Positions 8,846 through 17,542 of a stretch of 64,000 nucleotides of DNA are shown in pieces. Position numbers and translations under genes: made by a program. A model generated the notes under the pieces. It searched no databases and had not been told where the DNA came from. It saw only the letters and a program-made list of their open reading frames with translations. Origin of the DNA: Mesorhizobium sp. (lineage in GTDB: Bacteria > Pseudomonadota > Alphaproteobacteria > Rhizobiales > Rhizobiaceae); assembly GCA_036742015.1 (NCBI GenBank), contig DAINRF010000005.1, positions 35,627-99,626 on the forward strand, given 5' to 3'. The number at the start of each line of letters is the position of its first letter. The stretch's first letter is position 1.

Positions 8846-9841
8846 CTAGGCCGCCTGGACGCGTGAGGCTTCACGCAGCGCCTGATAGGCCTGTGCAATC
8901 ACTTCTGCACCCGCACCCGGCCGCGCTGCATCCGTCGACAGGATTTGGCGGAAGCGACGTGCGCCCGGCTGGCCGTGGAACAGGCCCGTCATGTGGCGCG
9001 CCACATGGCCAACCTTGCCGCCAGCTTCGATATGTTTCGCGGCATAGGAAACCATTGCATCGATCAGCGCGTCGGGATCGAACGCCGCCGGCGTCTCGCC
9101 ATATATGGTGCTGTCGGCATCAGCCAGAACCAGCGGTGTGTGATAGGCGGCGCGGCCGAGCATGACGCCATCAACGCGCCGGAGATGATTGAGGGCCTCA
9201 GACAATGATTCAATGCCGCCATTTATGCCGATGAATTTGTTGGGCAATCTCTGTTTCAGTGCATAGACGCGGTCGTAGTCGAGCGGTGGAATATCACGAT
9301 TCTCCTTCGGGCTCAGTCCCTGCAGCCAGGCCTTTCGAGCATGTACCCAGAGCGCGTCTGCGCCAGCCGCAAAGACCGCATCGGCCATGTCGTCCAGCGC
9401 CGGTCCAGTGTCCTGATCGTCGACACCAAGCCGGCATTTGACTGTGACGGGTACGGAGACCGCTGCCTTCATCGCCGCAACGCCCTCGGCGACAAGGCCG
9501 GGGGTGCGCATGAGACAGGCTCCAAAAGTACCGGACTGGACGCGATCTGACGGGCAGCCGCAATTCAGGTTGATCTCGTCATAGCCAAAATCCGCGCCGA
9601 TCCGTGCGGCTTGCGCCAACTTTGCCGGTTCCGACCCGCCAAGCTGCAAGGCCACAGGATGTTCGACATGATCAAAGCCAAGCAGGCGGTTGCGGTCACC
9701 ATGGATGACGGCGTCGGCGACAACCATTTCGGTGTAGAGCAACGACTGTTTTGTCAGCTGGCGGTGGAGAAAACGGCAATGCCGGTCCGTCCAGTCCATC
9801 ATGGGGGCCACGGCTATTCTATGTTGTTGATATTTATGCAT
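8846..9841 (-). CDS. dusA: tRNA-dihydrouridine(20/20a) synthase DusA
   Basis: VAPMMDWTDRHCRFLHR, INLNCGCPSDRV and HARKAWLQGLSPKENR motifs characteristic of DusA; 331 aa. Confidence 0.9.
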   Translation of the reverse strand: MHKYQQHRIAVAPMMDWTDRHCRFLHRQLTKQSLLYTEMVVADAVIHGDRNRLLGFDHVEHPVALQLGGSEPAKLAQAARIGADFGYDEINLNCGCPSDRVQSGTFGACLMRTPGLVAEGVAAMKAAVSVPVTVKCRLGVDDQDTGPALDDMADAVFAAGADALWVHARKAWLQGLSPKENRDIPPLDYDRVYALKQRLPNKFIGINGGIESLSEALNHLRRVDGVMLGRAAYHTPLVLADADSTIYGETPAAFDPDALIDAMVSYAAKHIEAGGKVGHVARHMTGLFHGQPGARRFRQILSTDAARPGAGAEVIAQAYQALREASRVQAA

Positions 9842-9990
9842 TTTTCCAATAGTATCAATTTGCTACATAACGCCGATTGCACACGAATTTACGCCAAAAT
9901 ACGACCCTTTTCGCCACACTACGACGCTTAGGTGCAAACGGAGCGCACACGAAATTGCCCATTTTCACCAAGTTCCTATCAGGATCGTGA

Positions 9991-10490
9991 CGCGTCCAAA
10001 TCCGCTACAAGTGGCGCTATGTCAACGAGACGTTCCTACCTCACGATGACGCCCGCTGGTGGTCGAGGTCAACTGAGACGAGAATAGACAGGCTTATCGT
10101 TCATCTTGATGCCAATCCCCGCCAGATCGCACCGGTTGCCCCCGTCATCCGCTTTGCTGTCACAAGGGCCATGCGTCAGGACGAAATATGCCGAGTGACT
10201 TGGCCGGATGTCGATAGCAGAACGAAGATGCTGACGATCCACGACCGCAAGGACCCGCGCAACCAGGATGAACGCATCTTTCTCTACAACGGAAGATCAG
10301 ATGGCACGGCGTTTCATCATGGCTGTGCCGAACTCGGCATCAAGGACCTTCATTTCCATGACTTGCGACATGAAGGGACGAGCCACCTCTTTGAGGCCAG
10401 CTTCGCGATTGAGCAGGTTTCGCTCGTCGCTGGTCACAAGGATTGGAAGATGTTGCGTCGGCATACGCATCTGAAACCAGAGCTGCGGCA
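9991..10490 (+). pseudogene. tyrosine recombinase/integrase remnant (catalytic C-terminal domain only, nucleophile Tyr replaced)
   Basis: The frame is open from the TGA at 9988-9990: ...IAPVAPVIRFAVTRAMRQDEICRVTWPDVD...LHFHDLRHEGTS...GHKDWKMLRRHTHL. The R / HxxR / H boxes are present, the N-terminal half is absent, and the expected RY(T)HL reads RHTHL (CAT at 10462-10464). Confidence 0.75.
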
Positions 10491-10567
10491 TCCCATAATT
10501 GCTACGGAGGCTGCTTGGGGGCCGGAGGTACGATCCGTCGTGCGATGTCTGGCTGATCAACTCAAAC

Positions 10568-10607
10568 AAAAAGATCGCGCAAGGCGATTTGCGTACGACA
10601 TCTTTTT
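10568..10607. terminator. compound hairpin directly after the last gene of the minus-strand operon
   Basis: aaaaagat (10568-10575) pairs with atcttttt (10600-10607). An inner cgcaa/ttgcg stem is present, and T-rich sequence follows on the minus strand. Confidence 0.3.
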
Positions 10608-11590
10608 CAGCCATTGGGCGCGACGAGAATCTTTCCGCCATGCGCGTCACTCTGGACGTGACGCAGAGCGTCCGAAATCTGCTCGATCGGATAGACGGCC
10701 GCGACAGGGACACAAAACTCGCCATCCATCAGCCGAGATGCGAGATTGCGATAAATCAGTTCGATTTCCTCCGCCGAACGACGCGCCATACAGCGTCCCA
10801 GCATCATGCCAGTGAGCGACACGCCACGGAAAATCAACTCCGCCTTGCCAAAGACCGGTTCCTCATCGCTCATTGCTCCGTAATTGCAAACGATGCCGCC
10901 ATCGCCAATGCACTGCCCCATGCGTTCGGTGGCGTGCCCGCCAACTGCGTCAATTCCATAGCGGACCTGCGCTCCTCCGGTTGCAGCATCAACGCGTGCT
11001 TTCAGGTTATCGCCGTCGACCAGACAGACGTCCCCGCCGAGCTTGTACAAGTCGTCGAACAGACTTTCACGCCGCACCAGATTGATGGTCCGCAGACCGC
11101 GCCGCCGGGCAAACGAAATCACCAGCTGACCAACGCCAGAGTTCGCGGCATTCTGAATGATCCAGTCGCCAGGTTTGAGATCGACAATGTCGGACAAGAG
11201 CAGTTCCGCCGTCGGCGGATTGATCCGCAGCATCGCCGCCTGTTGCAGATCGACGCCATCCGGCAGCCTGATCACATCGGTCGATTTCACCTTGCGCGCG
11301 GTCGCCCAGTTCTCGCGCATCAGATTGATGACCAGATCACCAACCTTGACGTTTCTGACCGATGATCCGACTGCCTCGACGCGTCCCACGCATTCAGCGC
11401 CAGGCGTCGCCGGCAAAGGCGGCTTCAGGCGATAAAGACCGCGGCAGAACCACACATCGGCGGGGTTGATCGGGAACGCGAGGATACGAAAAACCACCTC
11501 ATCTGGCGCGGGAGGTCCAAGATCAGGCGCCTCGACGCAACGCGCAACGTCTTCCGGCACCCCATATTCCGCGATCTCGATGCGTTTCAC
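10607..11590 (-). CDS. zinc-independent MDR-family oxidoreductase (quinone oxidoreductase / 2-enoyl thioester reductase-like)
   Basis: GAECVGRVEAVG, PGDWIIQNAANSGVGQLVI nucleotide-binding region and a GKILV tail; 327 aa. Confidence 0.8.
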   Translation of the reverse strand: MKRIEIAEYGVPEDVARCVEAPDLGPPAPDEVVFRILAFPINPADVWFCRGLYRLKPPLPATPGAECVGRVEAVGSSVRNVKVGDLVINLMRENWATARKVKSTDVIRLPDGVDLQQAAMLRINPPTAELLLSDIVDLKPGDWIIQNAANSGVGQLVISFARRRGLRTINLVRRESLFDDLYKLGGDVCLVDGDNLKARVDAATGGAQVRYGIDAVGGHATERMGQCIGDGGIVCNYGAMSDEEPVFGKAELIFRGVSLTGMMLGRCMARRSAEEIELIYRNLASRLMDGEFCVPVAAVYPIEQISDALRHVQSDAHGGKILVAPNG

Positions 11591-11607
11591 TGAATTCTCC
11601 GCCGTTG

Positions 11608-12270
11608 CTATGTTGCAGATTCCTGCGAAGCCTCGACCCCGTCAGACGCTTCACCGACGTTGAACGCTGTCTTCGGATCAAAACCCAGTGCCAGTGCATA
11701 GGCCTTGAGATAGGTCTGCATGACACTTTCAGGCGGGAATTCGATCACGAGGTCATCAACAGCGAACTGCTGCACGAAATATTCGCGTGCGCCAATGAAC
11801 ATCAGCGCCAGCGTGCGGGTCTCGTCCTCGGAATAGTCTGGTAGTTCGCCACTCAAAATGCCTTTGCGAAGTGACCGCTGGTAGCCGTCCACCATGCGCT
11901 TGAAATAGGCATGGTAGGATTCGGGCGCAAAGAAAGCTGCTTCATTCAGCACCCGATGCAATTCCGGATGCTTGGTCAGATATTCAAAGTTGGCATAGAG
12001 ACCAAGCCGCTCGCGTTCCGCGGTTGTGCGACCATTCTTTGACTGCTCGGCAATGAAGTGCAGCATTTCCTCGCCGATATGGGGCAGCAGTTTATTGAAC
12101 AGATCCTGCTGGTTTTCGAAGTAGAGATAGATGCCGCCATAAGAGACGCCCGCTTCAATGGCGATGGCCGCCATCGATGCCTTGGCGTATCCCACGCGCC
12201 CGATCACCTTGGCGGCCGCAGCAAAGATGGCCTCCTTTGTCGCCTTGGCCTTCTGTTCGCGTTTGCCCAT
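11608..12270 (-). CDS. TetR/AcrR family transcriptional regulator
   Basis: TKEAIFAAAAKVIGRVGYAKASMAAIAIEAGVSYGGIYLYFENQQDLF HTH. The track ORF opens at TTG 12321; the first ATG (MGKREQ) is at 12270. Confidence 0.85.
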   Translation of the reverse strand: MGKREQKAKATKEAIFAAAAKVIGRVGYAKASMAAIAIEAGVSYGGIYLYFENQQDLFNKLLPHIGEEMLHFIAEQSKNGRTTAERERLGLYANFEYLTKHPELHRVLNEAAFFAPESYHAYFKRMVDGYQRSLRKGILSGELPDYSEDETRTLALMFIGAREYFVQQFAVDDLVIEFPPESVMQTYLKAYALALGFDPKTAFNVGEASDGVEASQESAT

Positions 12271-12330
12271 CGATTCTTCGCTTGTGTTCTGACTGCGATT
12301 GCTGGACCTAAAGTCCTGCAACGCAGACCG

Positions 12331-13995
12331 TCAAGCGCGCGCCTCCGTTCGTTCGGCCGCCAACATGGCTGCGATCGCCGTCCTGAGTTCATGTTTCTTG
12401 ACTTTGCCTGAAGCAGTCTTGGGCAGATCGTCGACATATTCGACCCGCTCGGGACATTTCTGGGGCGCCAACCCACTCTTCTGAAGATAGTTGGCCAACG
12501 ACTTGACGTCAGGCCTGTCGGCGCCGCTTGGCACGATATAGGCGCACACGCCCTCGCCGAGCCGGTCGTGCGGCATCGAGACAACCGCAGCCTCCCGAAC
12601 GGCTGGATGGGTGTGCAACGCGTCCTCAATTTCCTTGGCCGACAGGTTTTCTCCACCGCGAATGATTAGATCTTTCTTGCGTCCAGTCACGGTCAGCAGG
12701 CCGTCGGCCGTTACAACGCCCAGATCGCCAGTGCGGAAAAAGCCGTCTTCATCGAAGGATTCCTGATTGGCGGCCATGCTCGTATATCCGCGAAACAGGC
12801 TCGGTCCCCGCGCGAGGATTTCCCCTTCATTGCCGGGCGCCATTGCAACGCCGTCGTCGTCGACAACCTTAACCTCGTAGTCGCTGATACGGCCATCTGT
12901 CGTCGCTCCAAGTTCCGCATCGTCGACAACACCCTGCGTGACCATCGGGCATTCTGAACTGCCAAACGCACGAAACGTCGCGCAATTTACGAACGTGCGG
13001 TTGGCGCGCCGGATCAGGTCGGGCGGCACGGCCGCGCCACCACAAGCAAAGATACGGAAGCTCGGCAAGCTCAGGCCGCGCCTCGTTGCCGCTTCCACCA
13101 ATTCCTGCAGGAATGGCGTCGCCCCGATGGTGAACACAACGCCGTCTCGCTCGACGATGTCGGCGGCGGCAGTCGCGTCCCACTTCTCCATAAAGATCGT
13201 CCGTGTGCCGAAATGAAAAGGCGCCTCCATGCCGTAAGAATATCCGGTCACATGCGTGACCGGGCTTGGCATCAGCAGAATATCGCCCGGCTTGATGCCC
13301 CATGCCTGCATGCTGCTCCAGACCGGGCGCCGGCCCTGATTGTGACTGTAGATCACGCCTTTCGGCTGTCCTGTCGTCCCGGATGTATAGATGATGAATT
13401 TGGCGTCGTCCGCGCCGCCCGCCGTCAGTTGAGCGTCACTGGCGCGTCCTAGCGCAAGGATTTCGTCGTAGGTTCTTGCGCCGGGCGCAGTGCCGCGTGT
13501 GACGATCACATGCTTCAGGTCTGGAAGTTCGTCGCGCAAGGATGCGATGATGTCGGGGTAGCCGATCCCGCGAAACGTCTCCGGAATGAATATGACGCGC
13601 GCCTTGCAGTCCTTCAGGATAAAGCGGAGCTCCGCCTGCCGGTAGATCGGAATGACAGGATTTACGACATAGCCGGCCAGCGCGCAGGCGAGATTGACCA
13701 CAACGGATTCAAGCCAGTTAGGCAATTGAAAGCTGACCGTGTCGCCGCGTTTGACGCCGATGGCGGCAAGCCCCCGTGCCAGCGCCTCGGCCTCGGCCAG
13801 CACCTGGGCGTAGGTCAGGTGTCCGTTCTCGCCGCTGACCGCAATGTCATCGGGCTGCGCGGCTGCGCGGCTGCGGGCCATGTCGGCGATGGTGTGACCT
13901 GGCCATTCGCCGGACGCTCGCCTGCTTTCGCGCTCGCCTTCGAGAAACCGCATCCGCCAGCCGGCGGGGTCGGTCACAAACTGAACCTGTTGCAT
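12331..13995 (-). CDS. AMP-dependent acyl-CoA synthetase/ligase
   Basis: AMP-binding motif IIYTSGTTGQPKGV, GDLGVVTADGLLTVTGRKKDLIIRGGENL, C-terminal LPKTASGKVKK. Confidence 0.9.
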   Translation of the reverse strand: MQQVQFVTDPAGWRMRFLEGERESRRASGEWPGHTIADMARSRAAAQPDDIAVSGENGHLTYAQVLAEAEALARGLAAIGVKRGDTVSFQLPNWLESVVVNLACALAGYVVNPVIPIYRQAELRFILKDCKARVIFIPETFRGIGYPDIIASLRDELPDLKHVIVTRGTAPGARTYDEILALGRASDAQLTAGGADDAKFIIYTSGTTGQPKGVIYSHNQGRRPVWSSMQAWGIKPGDILLMPSPVTHVTGYSYGMEAPFHFGTRTIFMEKWDATAAADIVERDGVVFTIGATPFLQELVEAATRRGLSLPSFRIFACGGAAVPPDLIRRANRTFVNCATFRAFGSSECPMVTQGVVDDAELGATTDGRISDYEVKVVDDDGVAMAPGNEGEILARGPSLFRGYTSMAANQESFDEDGFFRTGDLGVVTADGLLTVTGRKKDLIIRGGENLSAKEIEDALHTHPAVREAAVVSMPHDRLGEGVCAYIVPSGADRPDVKSLANYLQKSGLAPQKCPERVEYVDDLPKTASGKVKKHELRTAIAAMLAAERTEARA

Positions 13996-14005
13996 GCCTT
14001 CTCTC

Positions 14006-14728
14006 CTAGACCGCGAGATAGCGCTCTTTGAGCGACGGGTCGGCGTCGAATTCGGCCCAGCTTCCGTCGAAGACGATCCTGCCGGAATCGATCAGGAACA
14101 CCTTGTCGGTGCAGCTTCGGGCAAAGCTCAAATTCTGTTCGGCGATCAGCAGCGTCAGCCCGTCGCGCTGTCTCAGTTTCTGGATGTGGGCGGCCATCTC
14201 CTCGACGACGACGGGCGCGAGGCCTTCGACCGGTTCGTCCAGGAGCAGCAGTTTTGGCGCGCCGAACACGCCTCTCGCCACCGCCACCAATTGTTGCTGA
14301 CCGCCCGACAATTGAAATCCCGCGCGCTCCTTCAATGGCTCGAGCAGCGGGAAAAGCGACCAGATATCCGTCAGGCTCAGACTTGCCTTGCCTTGCGCCA
14401 CGGCGAAACGGCCAAGCTCGATGTTTTCTGCAACGGTGATGTTCGGATAGATGCGCCGGTCTTCCGGCACCAGCATCAGCCCGAGCCGGCTTCGCTTTTC
14501 GGTTGGAACGCCGGTCAAGTTTGCCCCTGCAAAACGGACGTCGCCAGTCACGCGCGGTCCCGCTGCGAGCAGGCTTTTCATCAGGGTAGATTTGCCGGCC
14601 CCGTTGCGCCCCAGAAGCGCCACGCTCTCGCCCGGCCGCACAACAAGGTTCGCGTCCTGAATGATGTGACTGCCGCCATAGAATGCGTCGAGATTGCCGA
14701 CAGACAGAAGCGCGTCAGGCGTGCCCAA
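14006..14728 (-). CDS. branched-chain amino-acid-type ABC transporter ATP-binding protein (LivF-like)
   Basis: Walker A GRNGAGKST, signature LSGGQQQ, Walker B LLLLDEP. Confidence 0.9.
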   Translation of the reverse strand: MGTPDALLSVGNLDAFYGGSHIIQDANLVVRPGESVALLGRNGAGKSTLMKSLLAAGPRVTGDVRFAGANLTGVPTEKRSRLGLMLVPEDRRIYPNITVAENIELGRFAVAQGKASLSLTDIWSLFPLLEPLKERAGFQLSGGQQQLVAVARGVFGAPKLLLLDEPVEGLAPVVVEEMAAHIQKLRQRDGLTLLIAEQNLSFARSCTDKVFLIDSGRIVFDGSWAEFDADPSLKERYLAV

Positions 14729-15476
14729 GATAGACCTCTCTTACTTTAGGATCAGTACGAACCGCCGCCGGCTCGCCCGACGCAATGATTTCGCCGTGAT
14801 GCAGGACGGTCAGCCTGGTGGCGAGGCCGAAGACGACCTCCATGTCATGTTCGGTCAGGAGCAGCGTCAAGCCATAGTCCTGCCGAACCCGGGAAATCAT
14901 CGCCACCGCTTCGGAGCGATCTGCAGGCGACATGCCTGCAGTCGGCTCATCGAGCATAAGCAGCTTTGGGCGCAGCGCCAGGCTCATAGCCAGCTCAAGC
15001 CGTTTCTTGTCGCCGTGGGACAGGATCCTGGCCGGATCGCCAATCGATGCGCCGAGGCCGAGATTCTCGACAAGCTGATCAACCTCGCGTCTGACGCTGT
15101 CGCGGGGCGCCACGCGAAACAGTCCGGCAAGCACGCCGCTGGATATGCGGTCGCGCATTTCGACTGCAACGACGAGGTTTTCATAGGCTGTCATGTCGCC
15201 AAAAATCTTTGCGACCTGGAACGAACGTCCGACACCGCGATGGACCCGCTTCCAGCCTGGCATGCCGGTGACGTTCGACCCGGCGAGCTCGATCGTCCCC
15301 TGATCGACCTTCGATTCACCAGACAGGCATTTGAACAGCGTCGTCTTGCCTGCGCCGTTCGGGCCGATCACCACATGGGCTTCGCCGGCGGCGATGTGCA
15401 TCGTGACATCCTTGAGGACCTTGACCGGGCCATAGGATTTGTAGAGCGAGGTGGCCTTGAGAAACTCTGCGCTCAT
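14715..15476 (-). CDS. branched-chain amino-acid-type ABC transporter ATP-binding protein (LivG-like)
   Basis: Walker A GPNGAGKTT, LSHGDKKRLELA signature, LLMLDEPTAG. Confidence 0.9.
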   Translation of the reverse strand: MSAEFLKATSLYKSYGPVKVLKDVTMHIAAGEAHVVIGPNGAGKTTLFKCLSGESKVDQGTIELAGSNVTGMPGWKRVHRGVGRSFQVAKIFGDMTAYENLVVAVEMRDRISSGVLAGLFRVAPRDSVRREVDQLVENLGLGASIGDPARILSHGDKKRLELAMSLALRPKLLMLDEPTAGMSPADRSEAVAMISRVRQDYGLTLLLTEHDMEVVFGLATRLTVLHHGEIIASGEPAAVRTDPKVREVYLGHA

Positions 15477-16498
15477 GGTGTTTGCTCCGCGCGGGAAACA
15501 GGTCCAGCAGGTTTGGAACCCACGGCGCGCGCGTTCTTCCTGTCAGCACCAAGCCGCGACACCAGACCGAGCACCCCGCCGGGTATCGCCAGCACGACGC
15601 CCAGCAACAGCAAACCAACCGTCAGATCGGCAAGCCCCTGCAGATTGCGGGTTGCGTAGTCCACCACGCCGAACATGATCGCGCCGACTGCAGGGCCCCA
15701 GAAACTGCCGGTTCCGCCAAGCAGCGCGAACAAGATCGGTTGCGTCGAGACCGTCCAATAGGCGATCTCAGGCGAGACAATCTGCGCCCAGGGCGCGAGA
15801 AGCGCACCCGCAAAACCGGCGAACATGCCCGAGATGACAAAGGCGATCAGCCGCCATGTCTGGACATCCGCGCCCAGGAAGGAGGTGCGCATCGGCTCCT
15901 GACGGATGGCCTGCATCAGCCGGCCAGCCGGTGAGTTTTGCAGACACCACAACGCAAAGGCCGCCAGCGCCATCATGAGGATGAGAAAATAGTAGTAGTT
16001 GTTGCCCGTCGCCAGATTGAGCTCAAAGAGACCGAAATCAATAACGGGACGGGGAATGCCGACAAGCCCGTCATTGCGGCCAAGAGAGTTCGTCTTGGTG
16101 ATGACGATGTGGACGAATTCGGCGAAGGCGAGCGTCAGGATCGCAAAGTAAGTGCCGCTGGCGCGCTTGATTGCAACGAATCCGAAAACCAGAGCAATCG
16201 CTCCTCCGGTTAAAGCTGCAAGTGCGGCGGCCAGAAGAAACGGAATTTCCGGCAGGTTCAAAGACAGGACGGCCATCATGTAGGCGCCGCCGGCAAAGAA
16301 CATCGCCTGACCGAATGACAGCAGACCGACGCCTGCGAACAGCAGGTTCCACGACAGCGCAAACACGATGTTGATGGCCACCAGCCCGGCCAAGAATACG
16401 ATGCCGCGATTGAAGAACACCGGCAGCAGCGCGAAGGCCACCAGCCCGAGAACCGCTATCGCCAGATTGAGCCGGAAACGGGCGCGATAGTCGATCAT
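15473..16498 (-). CDS. branched-chain amino-acid-type ABC transporter permease (LivM-like)
   Basis: 341-aa polytopic protein. It overlaps neighbouring genes by 4 nt at both ends, in typical LivM position and composition. Confidence 0.85.
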   Translation of the reverse strand: MIDYRARFRLNLAIAVLGLVAFALLPVFFNRGIVFLAGLVAINIVFALSWNLLFAGVGLLSFGQAMFFAGGAYMMAVLSLNLPEIPFLLAAALAALTGGAIALVFGFVAIKRASGTYFAILTLAFAEFVHIVITKTNSLGRNDGLVGIPRPVIDFGLFELNLATGNNYYYFLILMMALAAFALWCLQNSPAGRLMQAIRQEPMRTSFLGADVQTWRLIAFVISGMFAGFAGALLAPWAQIVSPEIAYWTVSTQPILFALLGGTGSFWGPAVGAIMFGVVDYATRNLQGLADLTVGLLLLGVVLAIPGGVLGLVSRLGADRKNARAVGSKPAGPVSRAEQTP

Positions 16499-17385
16499 GT
16501 CGGCTGCTCCTTGCCCAACAGGCCTTCAGGCTTGATCAAGAGAATGATCGCCAGCGCCAGCAGATAATAGATGCCCGGATAGTTCGGGAAAAAGACGCTG
16601 CCGAACGCTTCGATCTGGCCGAGCAGAATGGCGGCAAGGAATGCGCCGCGGATCGAGCCCATGCCGCCAACCACAACGACTGCAAAAGCCTGCAAGAGGA
16701 AGACGCCGCCAAGTTCCGGCGACAGCGACTGGTTGGCCGACAAGAGCCCGCCGGCCAAACCCGCCAGCCCGAACGAGATGACCACAGTGATGAGGTAGAT
16801 GCGCGTCACATCCAGCCCCAGCAAGCGCGCCATCCAGGCGTCCTTGGCGACAATGCGGATCAGCTTTCCGGTGTTCGATCGGGAGATGAAAAGTTCCAAC
16901 CCGATGAAGACAAGCACGCCGCAGGCGATGATGAACAACGTGTAGGTCGGCATGATCAGGTCGCCGATGAACAGTGCTGAATTCAGCGCAGGCGGCGGCA
17001 TCACGCTCATGAAATTGAGACCCCATATCATCTGAACCAGGCCGACGCAGACAAGGAGCAAGGCATAGGTGGCGATGAGCACGTAAGCGTCCTCGACGCC
17101 ACGCAACCGCCGAAAGATCAGATAGTCCACCGCCACGCCCATGATGGCGACCGCAACGCCTGCGGCCAGGGCAATGAGAATGTACAGCCAAACCGGCAAG
17201 CCGCCGCCGATCGCTGTCATGGCCGTGTAAGCCAGATAAGCGCCAATCATGAAGAACCCGCCATGGGCAAAATTGAGGATGTGCAAAATACCAAAGATCA
17301 ACGTCAGCCCGGCGGCGACCAGAAATGTCGCCATGCCCCAGGAGAGACCGTTGAAGACAGTAAGACCGATATCGAAAATCGCCAT
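16495..17385 (-). CDS. branched-chain amino-acid-type ABC transporter permease (LivH-like)
   Basis: 296-aa polytopic protein beginning MAIFDIGLTVFNGLSWG, with FAHGGFFMIGAY typical of LivH. Confidence 0.85.
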   Translation of the reverse strand: MAIFDIGLTVFNGLSWGMATFLVAAGLTLIFGILHILNFAHGGFFMIGAYLAYTAMTAIGGGLPVWLYILIALAAGVAVAIMGVAVDYLIFRRLRGVEDAYVLIATYALLLVCVGLVQMIWGLNFMSVMPPPALNSALFIGDLIMPTYTLFIIACGVLVFIGLELFISRSNTGKLIRIVAKDAWMARLLGLDVTRIYLITVVISFGLAGLAGGLLSANQSLSPELGGVFLLQAFAVVVVGGMGSIRGAFLAAILLGQIEAFGSVFFPNYPGIYYLLALAIILLIKPEGLLGKEQPT

Positions 17386-17404
17386 GGTGCGCCTCGGCTC
17401 AACG

Positions 17405-17462
17405 CCGGGTGAGGCTTTTGCCCCACCCGGCAGGGGAGGATGCTGGGGGCGCCGCCGCCCCC
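17405..17462. other. two intercistronic GC-rich hairpins between the binding-protein gene and the permease genes
   Basis: ccgggtg (17405-17411) pairs with cacccgg (17424-17430). gggggcg (17445-17451) pairs with cgccccc (17456-17462). Confidence 0.5.
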
Positions 17463-17542
17463 GGCCTGGTCTGTAAAAATGCTAACCCGCAAACGTCCGT
17501 TCGCTTCTTCCGGATAACGTCCGTCGAGGCGAACATCGCGCC

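Noticed and set aside
9879-9953. 9-nt direct repeat GCACACGAA (9879-9887 and 9945-9953) in the AT-rich spacer between dusA and the integrase remnant
   Set aside because: It is too short to distinguish from chance in 150 nt. It could be an integrase arm-type site or a promoter element, but I have no support beyond the two copies. It is mentioned only under the dusA-junction context.
10491-10815. C-terminal 108 codons of the 214-aa integrase ORF (10171-10815)
   Set aside because: Integrase similarity stops at ..RRHTHLKPE.. (about 10490). The remainder reads into and antisense to the MDR oxidoreductase gene and is compositionally non-coding.
14694-15659. 321-aa plus-strand ORF. Similar long antisense ORFs occur at 3062-3961, 10499-11365, 13994-14749, 25667-26467, 50079-50993, 55778-56686, 59312-60073 and 62673-63533.
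   Set aside because: All lie antisense to genes with unambiguous family motifs (ABC ATPases, M20 hydrolases, MttB, SDR etc.), and all have the Arg/Ala/Pro/His-rich composition of non-coding GC-rich frames.
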